Source: Octopus vulgaris (taxonomy: Eukaryota). Taken from it: a DNA stretch of 64,000 bases. A program made the position numbers and the translations under genes. Position 1 is the stretch's first letter. The number at the start of each line of letters is the position of its first letter. The notes under the pieces are model-generated. The model worked only from the letters and a program-made list of their open reading frames with translations. It ran no database searches and was not told the origin of the DNA. Positions 52,536 through 64,000 of this stretch are shown here, piece after piece. The stretch lies in NCBI GenBank assembly GCA_951406725.2, contig OX597825.1, positions 51,956,001 through 52,020,000 on the forward strand, in the 5' to 3' direction.

Positions 52536-53897
52536 AGCTTCTTTCATTTCCGTCTATTAAATCCAATCACACCAGAGCTATAGTAGAAGACACTTGCTAT
52601 ATCTAGCAATTGAGGTGAGCTTGTAGAGGTTAGGTTATTTGTTAGTAGATATTTGTAGTAGTAGCAGTAGTAGCCATGTAAAGAGGTGGGGAGGAAGGAC
52701 AGTCCTAAATATGTTAGCGCAGCACTTCACTATAGAACTTATTAATCTGTGTAGGGAGTCAGAGAGTGTTAATATTCCATAAGGGAGATATTACATAAGA
52801 GAAATCACCATGAAAGACTGTCAAAGATATGTAGCTGTATTGTGAGGTTAAATTGTTTGACATCCACAACAATAGATAAAGTGAAACACCATTGCCATGT
52901 TGATGATATGTACAGCAGTGATATTTTAAGGTATGGGCACACAGGACTGTTGTCTGGGATCTTTTGGGGTTTAGAGACCAATTCTGATTTTTGTATGTTG
53001 TGGCTGGCTGTCAGTAATAAATACTATAAGGTCCAGCCCATTGATTTACCTCAGGCTTATTATGCTGCTAAGACAGTCCTGATGTATAGCATATGTGTAT
53101 TGATGTTATTCAATGAAAATTAGTTCTCTATCCACCTCTAAAAAAGAGATTAGCACCACCATATATTCTGAACAAGTCTGGTATGAAGTGTTCAGTTATT
53201 TATGCAGATGACACCTCTGTGTGAAAAGAGTACCATGTTGTCAAAGCAGCACCAGCAATGTAGAAAAGTGTGAGGATAGAAGTTATGTTAGAAGTTATAA
53301 ATGTAAATATGTTATATAACATAGAAGAGTAAGTCACCAGCTACACTGGCTCTTTAGGAACCGTACAAGTGGGTCAGTGCATTATTTCATGGTAGCAGGA
53401 GGATCAAAGAGATTGTCCTCCAGAAAATAGAACAGTCTATTTCCTAGAGAGAAAATGTTTGATAAGGATCGTTACCTTTACATAGTGAACTGGAGCTCAC
53501 TGTGTGATGTTAGAGGAAAGAAGGCCATCAGAGTCAGGAGAGGGGTGAATGATCAAAGCAATTACACGTACATGATAATACCAGTATTAGAGTTGAGAAG
53601 GAGAGTTTGTGAGAAGTTCTGAAGAGTGTAAAGCAATGTTTAGTTGGAAAATATGTTGCAGTAAATCTGTGCATTTGTATTTCTATGTATGTGATTAAAT
53701 AAATTATGTATATAAATTGCTGTAAGTACATAAATAAATCAGTATATAAATATATACATGTATGTGCATATGTCAATATATATTTGTGTATACTTATATA
53801 TATATATATGTGTGCATGAGCACATAGATATATTTATTTATATGTGTATGTATGCATAAATAAATGTATATATATCCATATGCAAATATATACATAC

Positions 53898-53930
<33 letters not shown>

Positions 53931-55485
53931 TGTATGTATACATATACTACACATACTTTTATTGTGTATAGATAGATAGACTGATATAGATAGATAAATA
54001 GAAGGTATCAGCATGTGTGTCTTAATGTACACTTATATCCTCAAATGTTTCTCAGCTTTGATGTGTGTATGTGCTAATGTGTGGGTGTGTTTGTGTTTAC
54101 ATATGTTACACATGAATATATATCAGTTGGTGCACGCATGTAAATATGAGTTAGTGAGTATCTGTGTGTTTGCATATATATGTGTGTGTGTGAGTATGTG
54201 TGTGTGTGAGTATGTGCATGCTCATACATATATATTTATGTATGTGTGGGAAGTGGTGAGTGAATGTGTAGGTGTTCTGTTTGTATGATGTAAAAAATAA
54301 TTACAATAAATGGATTATTATCACATGATTGAAATTAGCAGAAACACTGCATGAAAAACAAACTGTGTAAAAGTTGCAACAGCAAAGATGTTACATGTTG
54401 CATGTGTATAGGAGATTGTAATATATTCAATAAAAATATATTTTGAAAATTATATATCTTTTTTCTCCTCACTGCTTGAAATCGATATATTTTGAGAATT
54501 ATTACTATAAATATATATCTCTTTTATATTTTATATGCATGTTACTCTATATGCATCAATGCATATATATATGTGCATGCACACACTTCATATACATGCA
54601 TTTATAATACACACACTTACAGACATACATTCATATATAAATATATACTTAATTTTTTATACATATATATATGTGTGTGTATGTATGTGTTTATATATAC
54701 ATTGGCATGCGTGTTTTTGTGCATTTGTGCATGCAAGTGCAAGGGAAGAGTACTTAATACCTAATGCAGAGTTCATGATAACAATAATTAAAAACTGAGA
54801 TTTTACAGCCTCACTACTCTGAGTTTTGTGCTTCCGCTTTTTGCCATGACTGACATTTTATGATATCGCACACAGCATATATAGGAAATACAAATCTGAT
54901 CAAAACGTGACTCATAAATTACTAAGATTTTAACATTTAAAAGATCATAAATTTCTACATTTAAAACTCGACCACTGACAAGGGAAATTATTATGAAAGT
55001 TGAAATACTGTAAGGCAAAGACACAGGTAGGAGAAAAAAGAAGCATACATAAAAAATACAAAATAGAATGAAGGAGAAAAGGTGAAAGAGTAACAGAAAA
55101 AAGAAGGAGAAAGGAAAAGAGAAAGAAAGAATAGGAAAGGGAAAAAGCAAAAGACGAGTCTCTGAATTGTCTTTATACTAAAGCATATTCATGTGTTAAA
55201 ACACAGTTATGCTGTAGTGGAGCAGGTATAGTAAATAGCTGTGTGGTTGAGGAACTGGCATGGCAAACATTTTATTCTGTTTTTGATACCACTGCAACAA
55301 AAATTTGGCAGCTGAATTCTATACCAGTCATGTGCTGATCAACCACTTTTGAATGAATGAATATATATATATATATATGTAGTTAATCCAAACATGAAGA
55401 CACAAAGAGAAAACACAATGCGAGGATGTGGAACAAGTATAGGAAAGAAGGAAAGAAGGAGGGTTTAACGTTTTGAGTGGGTTCT

Positions 55486-55800
55486 GCCTGTCTGTCGGTG
55501 TGTCTTCTAGGATCTTGGACATCCTCCATCCGAATGTGCTCAAATTTGATATGTAGATACCGATGGTATCAGGGCATGAATAAGTCTTGAAAAAATTACA
55601 AAAATCGATTCCAGGTGAGAATGCGATCGATGAAGTGATTGAAATCTTTTTCCTTTGGAATAGTAAAAAAGTCTTTTTTTTTTTTTTTTTGCTGGTGTCT
55701 CAAATTTAAGTTAAATCAGTGTTTCTCAAAGCCTATGGGACGGTCAGACAAGTTGTTTTGAGAAAATTTGGTTTAAATGTTTGACAACTCAGCAGAATCC
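55486..55800 (+). mobile_element. Possible Helitron/Helentron-like non-autonomous element fragment
   Basis: gcctgtctgtc start followed by catccgaa..ctcaaatttgatatgtagat, reminiscent of DINE/HINE-type cores; termini not resolved. Confidence 0.35.
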
Positions 55801-56483
55801 ATTGGACAGGGGGCTTTTTGCTCAAAATATATATATATATATATATATACATGCACACACATATATATATACATATACACATATACACACACATACACTT
55901 TTCCAATTTGTGAGTTAACAAGGCTACCAGTACTTTCATGCAAGGAATTCTTTACTTTTGTTCAGGTGTTCCACATCAGAACGTTGGTACTCACCTCTAT
56001 TTTGGATTAGAATACATGAAGTTTCACAAGATTGTACAGGATTTCAAGATACATAAACATGTCATAGGAGGTAATTTTTAGGGTTATCTTAATTGTTGAC
56101 TTCCTTGCATTAGCCTTGGGTTTTTGCAAGATACTATCATAGTCAAATTAATCATCTAAGGCAAGAACACTCATGCACATACACACCTATATGAAATATA
56201 GATACACAACACATGCACAGGCACACACACTACGCTTGAACAAACGAAAAGAATTTCTTTACTTGAAATTATTGTTTGCCTTTTAACCCCAAAACAACTA
56301 AATATTTATCTATCAAAGCTGTGTTGAGTACTCATTTTCCTTGTTAAATGTTTTCATGCTTGCATGTATGTGTGTATATATATATACATACACACACACA
56401 CACACACACATAGATATTACTCAAAGAAATTCCAACGTTGTCTGATTTTCACGTTTTATCTACAATCTTATAATAATATAATA

Positions 56484-59268
56484 TCATCATCATCATCATC
56501 ATCGTTTAACGTCCGTTCTCCATGCTAGCATGGGTTGGACGGTTCGACCGGGGATCTGGGAAGCCAGAAGGCTGCACCAGGCTCCAGTCTTATCTGGCAG
56601 TGTTTCTACAGCTGGATGCCCTTCCTAACGCCAACCACTCCATGAGTGTAGTGGGTGCTTTTTACGTGCCACCTGCACAGGTGCCAGGCGAGGCTGGCAA
56701 CGACCACGGTCGGATTGGTGTATTTTATGTGCCACCGGCACGGAAGCCAGACGAGGCGGTGCTGGCATCGGCCACGAGTCGGATGGTGCTTTTTACGTAC
56801 CACCAGACCAGGGATTCTGGCTGGTTCAATTTGATTTCGATTTCGCTTGCCCCAACATGTCTTCGCAAGCAAGGGGGTTGGCATGGGTGCTTGTTGTACG
56901 GTCAGATTGGTGTATTTTACGTGCCACCGGCACGGAAGCCAGTGGAGGCGGCACTGGCATCGGCCACGAGTCGGATAGTGCTTTTTACGTACCACCAGAC
57001 CAGGGAACCTGGCTGGTTCAATTCGATTTCGCTTGCCCCAACATGTCTTCGCAAGCAAGGGGGTTGGCATGGGTGCCTGTCGTACGGTCAGATTGGTGTA
57101 TTTTACGTGCCACCGGCATAGAAGCCAGTGGAGGCGGCGCTGGCATCGGCCACCAGTCGGATAGTGCTTTTACGTACCACCAGACCAGGGGTCCTGGCTG
57201 GTTCAATTCGATTTTGACTTCGATTTCGCTTGCCCCAACATGTCTTCGCAAGCAAAGGGGGTTGGCATGGGTGCCTGTCGTCGGATGAGGTTCTATATCG
57301 ACTTCGCTTGCCTCAACAGGTCTTTGTGTCCAAGGGAGGAAAGGCATTCATAAATGGGCTGGGCTCACTTGTCCTGCCTGGTCTTCTCACGTACAGAATA
57401 TTTCCAAAGGTCTCGGTCGCTGGTCATTTCCTCAGTGAGGCCTAAAGTTCGAAGGTCGTGCTTCACCACCTCGTCCCAGGTTTTCCTGGGTCTACCTCTT
57501 CCATGGGTTCCCTCAACTGCTAAGGATTGGCACTTTCTCACACACCTATCTTCATCCATTCTCGCCACATGACCATACCAGCGCAATCGTCTCTCTTGCA
57601 CACCACAACTGATGCCTCTTAGGTACAACATTTCTCTCAAGGTGCTAACGCTCTGTCGAGTATGTACACTGACATTACACATCCATCGGAGCATACTGGC
57701 TTCATTCCTCACGAGCTTACGCATGTCCTCGGCAGTCACGGCCCATGTTTCACTGCCATGTAGCATCGCTGTTCGTACACACGCATCATACAGTCTGCCT
57801 TTTACTCTGAGCGAGAGGCCTTTAGTCACCAGCAGAGGTAAGAGCTCCCTAAACTTTGCCCAGGCTATTCTTATTCTAGCAGTTACACTTTCAGCGCACC
57901 CCCCCCCACTACTGACTTGGTCACCTAGATAACGGAAGCTATCAACTACTTCTAGTTTTTCCCCTTGGAAAGTGACTGAAGTTATTTTCTGCAGATTTTC
58001 GGAGGTTAATGCTCCTGAGCATCTGCCACATACAAAAACTATCTTCCCAATTAGCCTACCTTTGACATTGCTGCACCTCTTATGTGTCCATAGCTTACAC
58101 TGGGTACATCTTATAGAGTTTCTACCTACACCTTTTCTACAGATCGAGCAGGGCCATCTTCCTGAAGACATTTGTGGATTGTCTACCTTCCTACTTATTA
58201 GTACTTTGGTTTTAGCTAGGTTGACTCTAAGGCCCCTCGATTCTAAACCCTCCTTCCACACCTGGAACTTCTCCTCCAGCTCTGATAGTGACTCAGCAAT
58301 AAGAGCAAGGTCGTCAGCATAGAGGAGCTCCCAGGGACAACCTGTCTTGAATTCCTCCGTAATTGCCTGTAGGACTATGATAAATAGGAGGGGGCTGAGT
58401 ACTGAACCCTGGTGGACCCCAACCTCTACTTTGAATTCTTCTGTGTACATGTTGCTAACCCTAACCTTACTTACGGCATCTCTGTACATGGCTTGCACAG
58501 TCCTCACCAGCCATTCATCTATCCCTAGTTTCCTCATTGACCACCAGATAAGGGATCGGGGGACCCTATCAAAAGCTTTCTCCATGTCAACAAAAGCCAG
58601 GTACAGGGGCTTATCTTTGGCTAGGTATTTCTCCTGCAGCTGCCTTACCAGGAATATAGCATCCGTGGTACTTTTCCCTTGCATGAACCCAAACTGCATC
58701 TCATCTAAACTAACTCTCTCTCTAATTAGTTGGGCTATGACCCTCTCTGTAACCTTCATTACTTGATCCAACAGCTTGATACCTCTGTAATTATTTGTAT
58801 CTAAGGCATCACCTTTACCTTTGTAGCAGTTGACTAGTATGCTGCTACACCAGTCATTGGGTATGACTCCTTCGTGTATCACCTGGTTGACTATACGGGT
58901 GACTAGGTTATAGCCGACACTGCCAGATATTTTGAGCATCTCTGCAGTAATTCCTGATGGGCCTGGGGCTTTCCCTGTCTTCATGCTTCTAATTGCCTTA
59001 GCTACCACGGAACTATCAACTCGGATAGCTGGTCCCTCTGTTGGGTCAACATTCGGCAGACTCTCTTTATCCCATTCATTTTCTTTATTCAGCAACCTTT
59101 CATAGTGGCATCTCCAAACCTCTCTCTTTGCATCCTCATTTAGCGCAAGTGAACCATCATCCATGCGAACACACTTCTCTCCTACCACATCACGATTCTC
59201 TTTCACACACTGTCTTGCAACACGAAATACCTCAAGTCTTTCATCCTCACGGCTCAGAACATTGGCAA
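56484..59268 (-). mobile_element. RTE-clade LINE, 5'-truncated, with 3' UTR and (GAT)n tail
   Basis: Long RT ORF, GC content above background, 3' end ...ggacgttaaacgatgatgatg; near-identical shorter copy at 25716-26290. Confidence 0.93.
57365..59268 (-). CDS. Non-LTR retrotransposon reverse transcriptase (RTE), N-terminally truncated, endonuclease missing
   Basis: Uninterrupted ORF with KAPGPSG, NYRGIKLL, QFGF, FVDMEKAFDRV, GVHQGSVLSPLLF, LLYADD, FRYLG and RRLRWYGHV motifs. The first ~16 aa of the ORF-track protein are probably flanking DNA. Confidence 0.9.
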
Positions 59269-59874
59269 TATAAGATAATATATTATAATGAAATGATAGA
59301 ATAAGTAAAATGTCCATTTTGATTGAACTAGTACATTCAAGCTGGATAAACTGTGTGCCTTAAATACACCTGTATAGGCTCCAGAATGTTAATTTTGGCA
59401 AACTGTATTCTGATCAATCAGTATGTGGCTTTACTAAATTACTGAAGTTGATTGGTGTTTTGTTTAGGCATCACAGTTTGTTGAACATATCAAGAGACCT
59501 TTATTTTGACCCTGGCCAAAGCAGTAATTGTTGGGCTATTTTTAGAAATGTAAACAACATTTCCTTGGGATTTTTACATTTCAATTATCATCATCACCAA
59601 TATGATCTCCTTTATTATTGTTGTCATTGTTGATGGTGGTGGTGGTGTTGGTGGTGGTGGTTTGGTGATGGCAGTAGTGGTTGTGGTGATGGTAGGAGTA
59701 GCTATGCTAATAGAACTTTAAGTCCAAAAATAAGATTATTTTTACTGACCTTTCTTTTGACCTAGCTAGTATTTTCCTGCTATGGTCATCATTAGCATCT
59801 TTAGTATTGTTGTTGTTGTTAGTGGTAGTGGTCATAGCAGTAGAAAAAGTACCTCTGAATATTAGTATTATTCT

Positions 59875-62420
59875 TTATTTAGCTTGGGTTGGAATTTATT
59901 AATAAAGTTCTTTTCTTTGATTTTAGTCTCAATTTCACTTGGACTGTGTAGTTTGTAGAATGGAAATATTATGAATATCTTTTTACCACATGTTGCTAGA
60001 TGGTTACTCAAAGGTATCTGATGGACATCTGGGTCTCTAATTTGCTGTCAGTGCACACATGAATGTTCTGGTAGAGCATTTCCAGTATGACCCACATAGA
60101 GTTGTTCCCAATTTGAGCATTTGATGAAGTAAATTTAATTTATGCCTTTGCAGTTCATATAAGTGTTGGTGAATATTTTTCCAGTTTTTGTGTTCATATA
60201 GGGCAGTATGTATGAATTGGCATGTGCCACATCGACTCTCATTGCCTTTAGATACATTGAATGATTGATCTTTATTACTAAGTTCAAACTTTGCCTTTGT
60301 TAAGAATTTTTTCAAGTTTTTAGGCTGTCTTTTACTCAATCTGTGATTATATCTTTTATTTCATTACTTTGAGTGTTGATTGGCAGGTTTACTTTAACAA
60401 TGTTGAAGATATTCTGGTGACATGGGTTGTGTGTCACTATAAATGGTATGACTTGTTCCTGTTTTCCTCTTCTTGTTGTATTTTTATAGCCTGCTGTATG
60501 CCATTTTCTATAAGTAGAGACAGGTTTGAGCAAAAATTCTCTTAGTTCTCTTAGGTGTTTGTTCCTGATATTTGCATCTTCTACAATGGTACAAATTCTT
60601 CTGGCTAGGCAGTATGGGATGTTGTGTTTTGCATGTGGTGGATGGTACGACTTAAAATCCAGGTACTGATATGTGTCTGTGTGTTTGTAGTATATATCTG
60701 TGGTAATTACCATTATATCTAAGAATGGTAATTTGGGACTACTCATTTGCTTTGTAAATTGGAGAGATAGGTGTAGGTTGTTCAGGAGGATATTGAAATC
60801 TTCCAGAGTATTTAAAGATTCTGTCTAGATTGGGAAACAAGCATCAAGGTATCTCTTCCATGACTTTTCAATATATTTTCTAAATTCAGTGTTATAGTTT
60901 TCTTCTACTCCTTGGTAGTAGTTGTTCTAAATATTCTATTACAGAATTTTCGTAAACAGGAGCAAACCTCATTCCCATTGCTGTGCCTTTAATTTGGATG
61001 TTATTCTTCCCAATGAAGAAGAATGTGTTGTTTTCCAGAATAAGTCTAATTGTGTCTAATATAAATGGCACTGTGAATTTGTTGGGGATCACTTCTCTAT
61101 GTTTTTCTACCCAGTATTTAATTGCTTTTATTCCTAAATCATGTGGAATATTGGTGTAAAGAATTACCTCATCAAAATTAAATAGAAGTGAATTTGTTTC
61201 AGTTGTTTCAGGAAGATGGGACAGGAGGTTGATGTCATCCTGGATGAAATTGGGTATGTAGGTACATAGTGGTTTCAAAACAATGCCAATAAAATTTCTT
61301 AGACAGTGGGTAATTTTATGTACATACTTTCTTGTTCTTTTACCGCATCTTTTGATTTATGTATTTTTGATAAGTTGTAGAAATTGCTGGGTTTTGGCCC
61401 GAAACGGTGATGAAGTCTCTTTCATTATCAGTAAGTGAGTTGTGGTGTTTTGAAACCAGATTGTTGATATTCTTCATGATGTGGTAGTCTATATTTGTAG
61501 GTATTTTACAATAGAAGGCTGTGTCCTTCAGTTGGTCCTCAACCAAATCCTTATAGTATTCTGCATCCATAATAACAATTGCACCCCCTTTATCTGCTTG
61601 TTTAATTGTTTTGTATACATTAAGTGCAGACATTTCAGATTTGTTAATGTTTGGCCTAACATTAGTATTGCGTCTAAGGGGAAATTTTGACAGGATATCA
61701 ATGTCCTGGTGAAGATAGTTATTTCTTCCTTTTGGTGGGGTGAAATTTCATTTATTCTTTACTAAGGATTCATCAGTCACATTACTTTTTTTAGTGAAGA
61801 ATTCTACAAGTCATAACTTGCAAAAGAATTTTTGGATATCCTCCTTTAGTTCTTGGTGGTTGACTGTTGGTGTAGGTGTGAATTTCCTTTTGACGGAAGT
61901 TGGATTTCATCATTGTCAAGATCTCTTTTGTACAAATTAATTATTTTAGGATCTATATGTTCAGTCGTTTTGGGTATGTTTCCTCTTGGATTTTTTTTCT
62001 TTCTCAGGTGTTTGTTGTCCTGACATTAAAAAATGGATTTTTCTCTGTTTATGACTTATGTTCCTCTTGATGTTTGCTTGATGGACTTTGTGTTTTGGTT
62101 GTGGTATTTTACTTGGTTTCTTTATGTTTTCTGTCCTGATTTTGGTATTATGTATACTGTTATCAGTTTCTTGTTAGTATTGTTTTTAACAACCTGAGGG
62201 AATGATCTGGGTTTACTTCAAGATCTAGATTGGTTTTTTGCCCTGTTTCTTGTAGATAATCTCTGTTGGGATCTTGAAAATGATCTCTTGTTACTTCTAC
62301 TACTAATAGTCTGATCAAAGGAACATCTATCTTGTTTGTACTTTTTGTTCATATTGTGTGCATTAGGGTGTTTGCATACAAAAAGGGAAGAGTTCTTACC
62401 CCAGTTCATCTTCAATTCAC
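59875..62420 (-). mobile_element. Decayed Penelope-like element (RT plus GIY-YIG region)
   Basis: Frameshifted fragments IKQADKGGAIVIMD, LYTNIPHDLG, ILENNTFFF..IQIKGTAMG, LPFLDIMV..DIYYKHTDTYQYLDFKSYHP, CGTCQFI and terminal KEKNFINKFQPKLN are typical of the PLE ORF. Confidence 0.85.
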
Positions 62421-62556
62421 AGTGAAATGAGTGTACATATTGCCAGGTTTTCTGGCATATATTATGTTGGAGAGATTGTATATATTAGGAGAATATCCCA
62501 AAACTAAAGGAGGATATCCAAAAATTCTGTCATATATATATATATATATATATATG

Positions 62557-63796
62557 TAAGATTCTTGATGCAAATTCATGTGTTGAAACAAATTTTGCTG
62601 TGCCTTGGGAGAACCATGACACTAATGATAACACATACGCAGGTTCAAATCCACTTCCTTAGTCAGTTGGTTAAGTAACTAAACAATCAACTAATTGAGT
62701 GCTTGTTTAATGTGTTGCTTCAAGCAATCATTCAGTTGTTTGTCAACCAAAGTCCTTTTACTGCAACTTGAGGCCTTTTCAGTGACTTAGTGACATTGTC
62801 TTTCACTCCAAGCTCTGTTCTGCATCTGTCTGAGAATTAGTGTTATGTCTGTGTGTAAGCATGCTTGTATGTGTATGTGTAGATGTTTGTTTAAAAGAGT
62901 GGGTATAAATGAAGGGTTTTATGTGTATGTACACGTGCATAAGTGTGTGGTGGTGTGTATACACCCATGTGACTGCTTGTTTCTGTGGGCGTGTGTGCAC
63001 CAGCCATCTGTGACCTTTTTAAGGGTTTGGCCTTTTGCCTTTTGTCATGGTCAGTCTCATATCCACTGTCGATTAATGGGTTTAAAGTGTAGTTCTTTCT
63101 GTGGGAAGGAGGGTAGTGAGCCAAGTAGGTGTGCAGATCAGCATCTGAGTGTGCATGTGTGTGTGTGTAAGTGTATGTGTGTATGTGTATGTGCATGCAC
63201 AGTCTAGTGTGCATGCTCATGTAGTTAAGTTGGTTCTGAGGGTGACTGTATGTTCTTATGTATGAGTGTGAACATTGTCTTAATGTTTGAGTCTATTCCA
63301 GCATCTGTATGTGCATACCTGGCAGTTCGTTTCAATCAATAATTATCTGTGTGCATTCTTGTGTTGTGTATGTTTCTGCATGCATACATCTGTGTGCATG
63401 CTTCTGCACTTGTGCATGTATGTGTGTCCTTATGTGCACATATGTCCAGGTACACATACATGCACGCACACATAAGCATAGATGTGCATGCGGATACTCA
63501 CACACAAACACACACACACTTCCCGATTCTCTGCTCCCCACATAGAGAGCTACACACTAAACCCATATGACATTGCAGAGAGAAGGAAAGTCAATAAGTT
63601 ATTGAAAAGGTTGCGAGCAGTGATGAAAGAGCTTTGACTTACAAACAACCGATTGATTGTTTAAAACAATACATTAAACAATTGATTGATTAATTAGTTG
63701 GTTAGTTACATAACTAATTCAATAACAAAAAGAAGTGGATTTGAACTTGTGCATGTGTCATTATTATTGATGGGCTGACCCTCCCAAGACACAACA
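62557..63796. mobile_element. Larger element of the same fold-back family: ~210-bp inverted arms around a GT-rich interior
   Basis: Arm ~62595-62805 (ggttcaaatccacttc..ccttttcagtgactta) is inverted at ~63583-63796 (taagttattgaaaagg..gaagtggatttgaac); shares motifs with 11455-11833. Confidence 0.6.
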
Positions 63797-63803
63797 TACA
63801 TAC

Positions 63804-63836
<33 letters not shown>

Positions 63837-64000
63837 TGTATGTATGTATGTATGTATGTATTTACGTATGTGTGTGTGTGGATATATATATATATATATA
63901 TATACTTATGTATCACTAAGTATTTCTCCACCTTTACATTTTATTTATTTATTTATCTATTTATTTATTTACCCATACTTGTTATAACTTACATAGTTAA

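Noticed and set aside
54803-54975. Possible minus-strand exon ending MSVMAKSGSTKLRVVRL
   Set aside because: No recognisable product; the upstream ORF portion is pyrimidine-rich low complexity.
56522-57347. ORFs of 109-199 aa on both strands
   Set aside because: They lie in the GC-rich, internally repeated RTE 3' UTR and are not independent genes.

Overview
AT-rich, microsatellite-dense eukaryotic DNA. The SINE and LINE repertoire suggests an octopus/cephalopod genome (inference). I found no convincing host protein-coding gene; almost all short ORFs are translated simple repeats or SINEs. The window is mostly transposable elements: a 5'-truncated RTE LINE with an uninterrupted RT ORF, two decayed Penelope-like elements (PLEs), R4/Dong-type RLE LINEs sitting in microsatellites, a Tx1-like relic, mariner/Tc1 relics, a non-autonomous Helitron, fold-back elements, many tRNA-derived SINEs and a complete TRIM. 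The most notable feature is at 31285-33376: a nearly homogeneous array of a ~491-bp non-coding unit between (TA)n tracts, with 2.5 copies in one orientation and ~1.8 inverted, forming a large palindrome. Each unit carries a complete type I hammerhead ribozyme motif with an unusually long G-U-rich stem II, i.e. a retrozyme-like candidate circRNA element. A second, unrelated hammerhead fold-back lies at 34299-34639. The TRIM (35120-35663) carries ~50 nt of a CCA-ended tRNA-Ser-like 3' half at its primer-binding site. All structures were derived by eye, and boundaries of old repeats are approximate.
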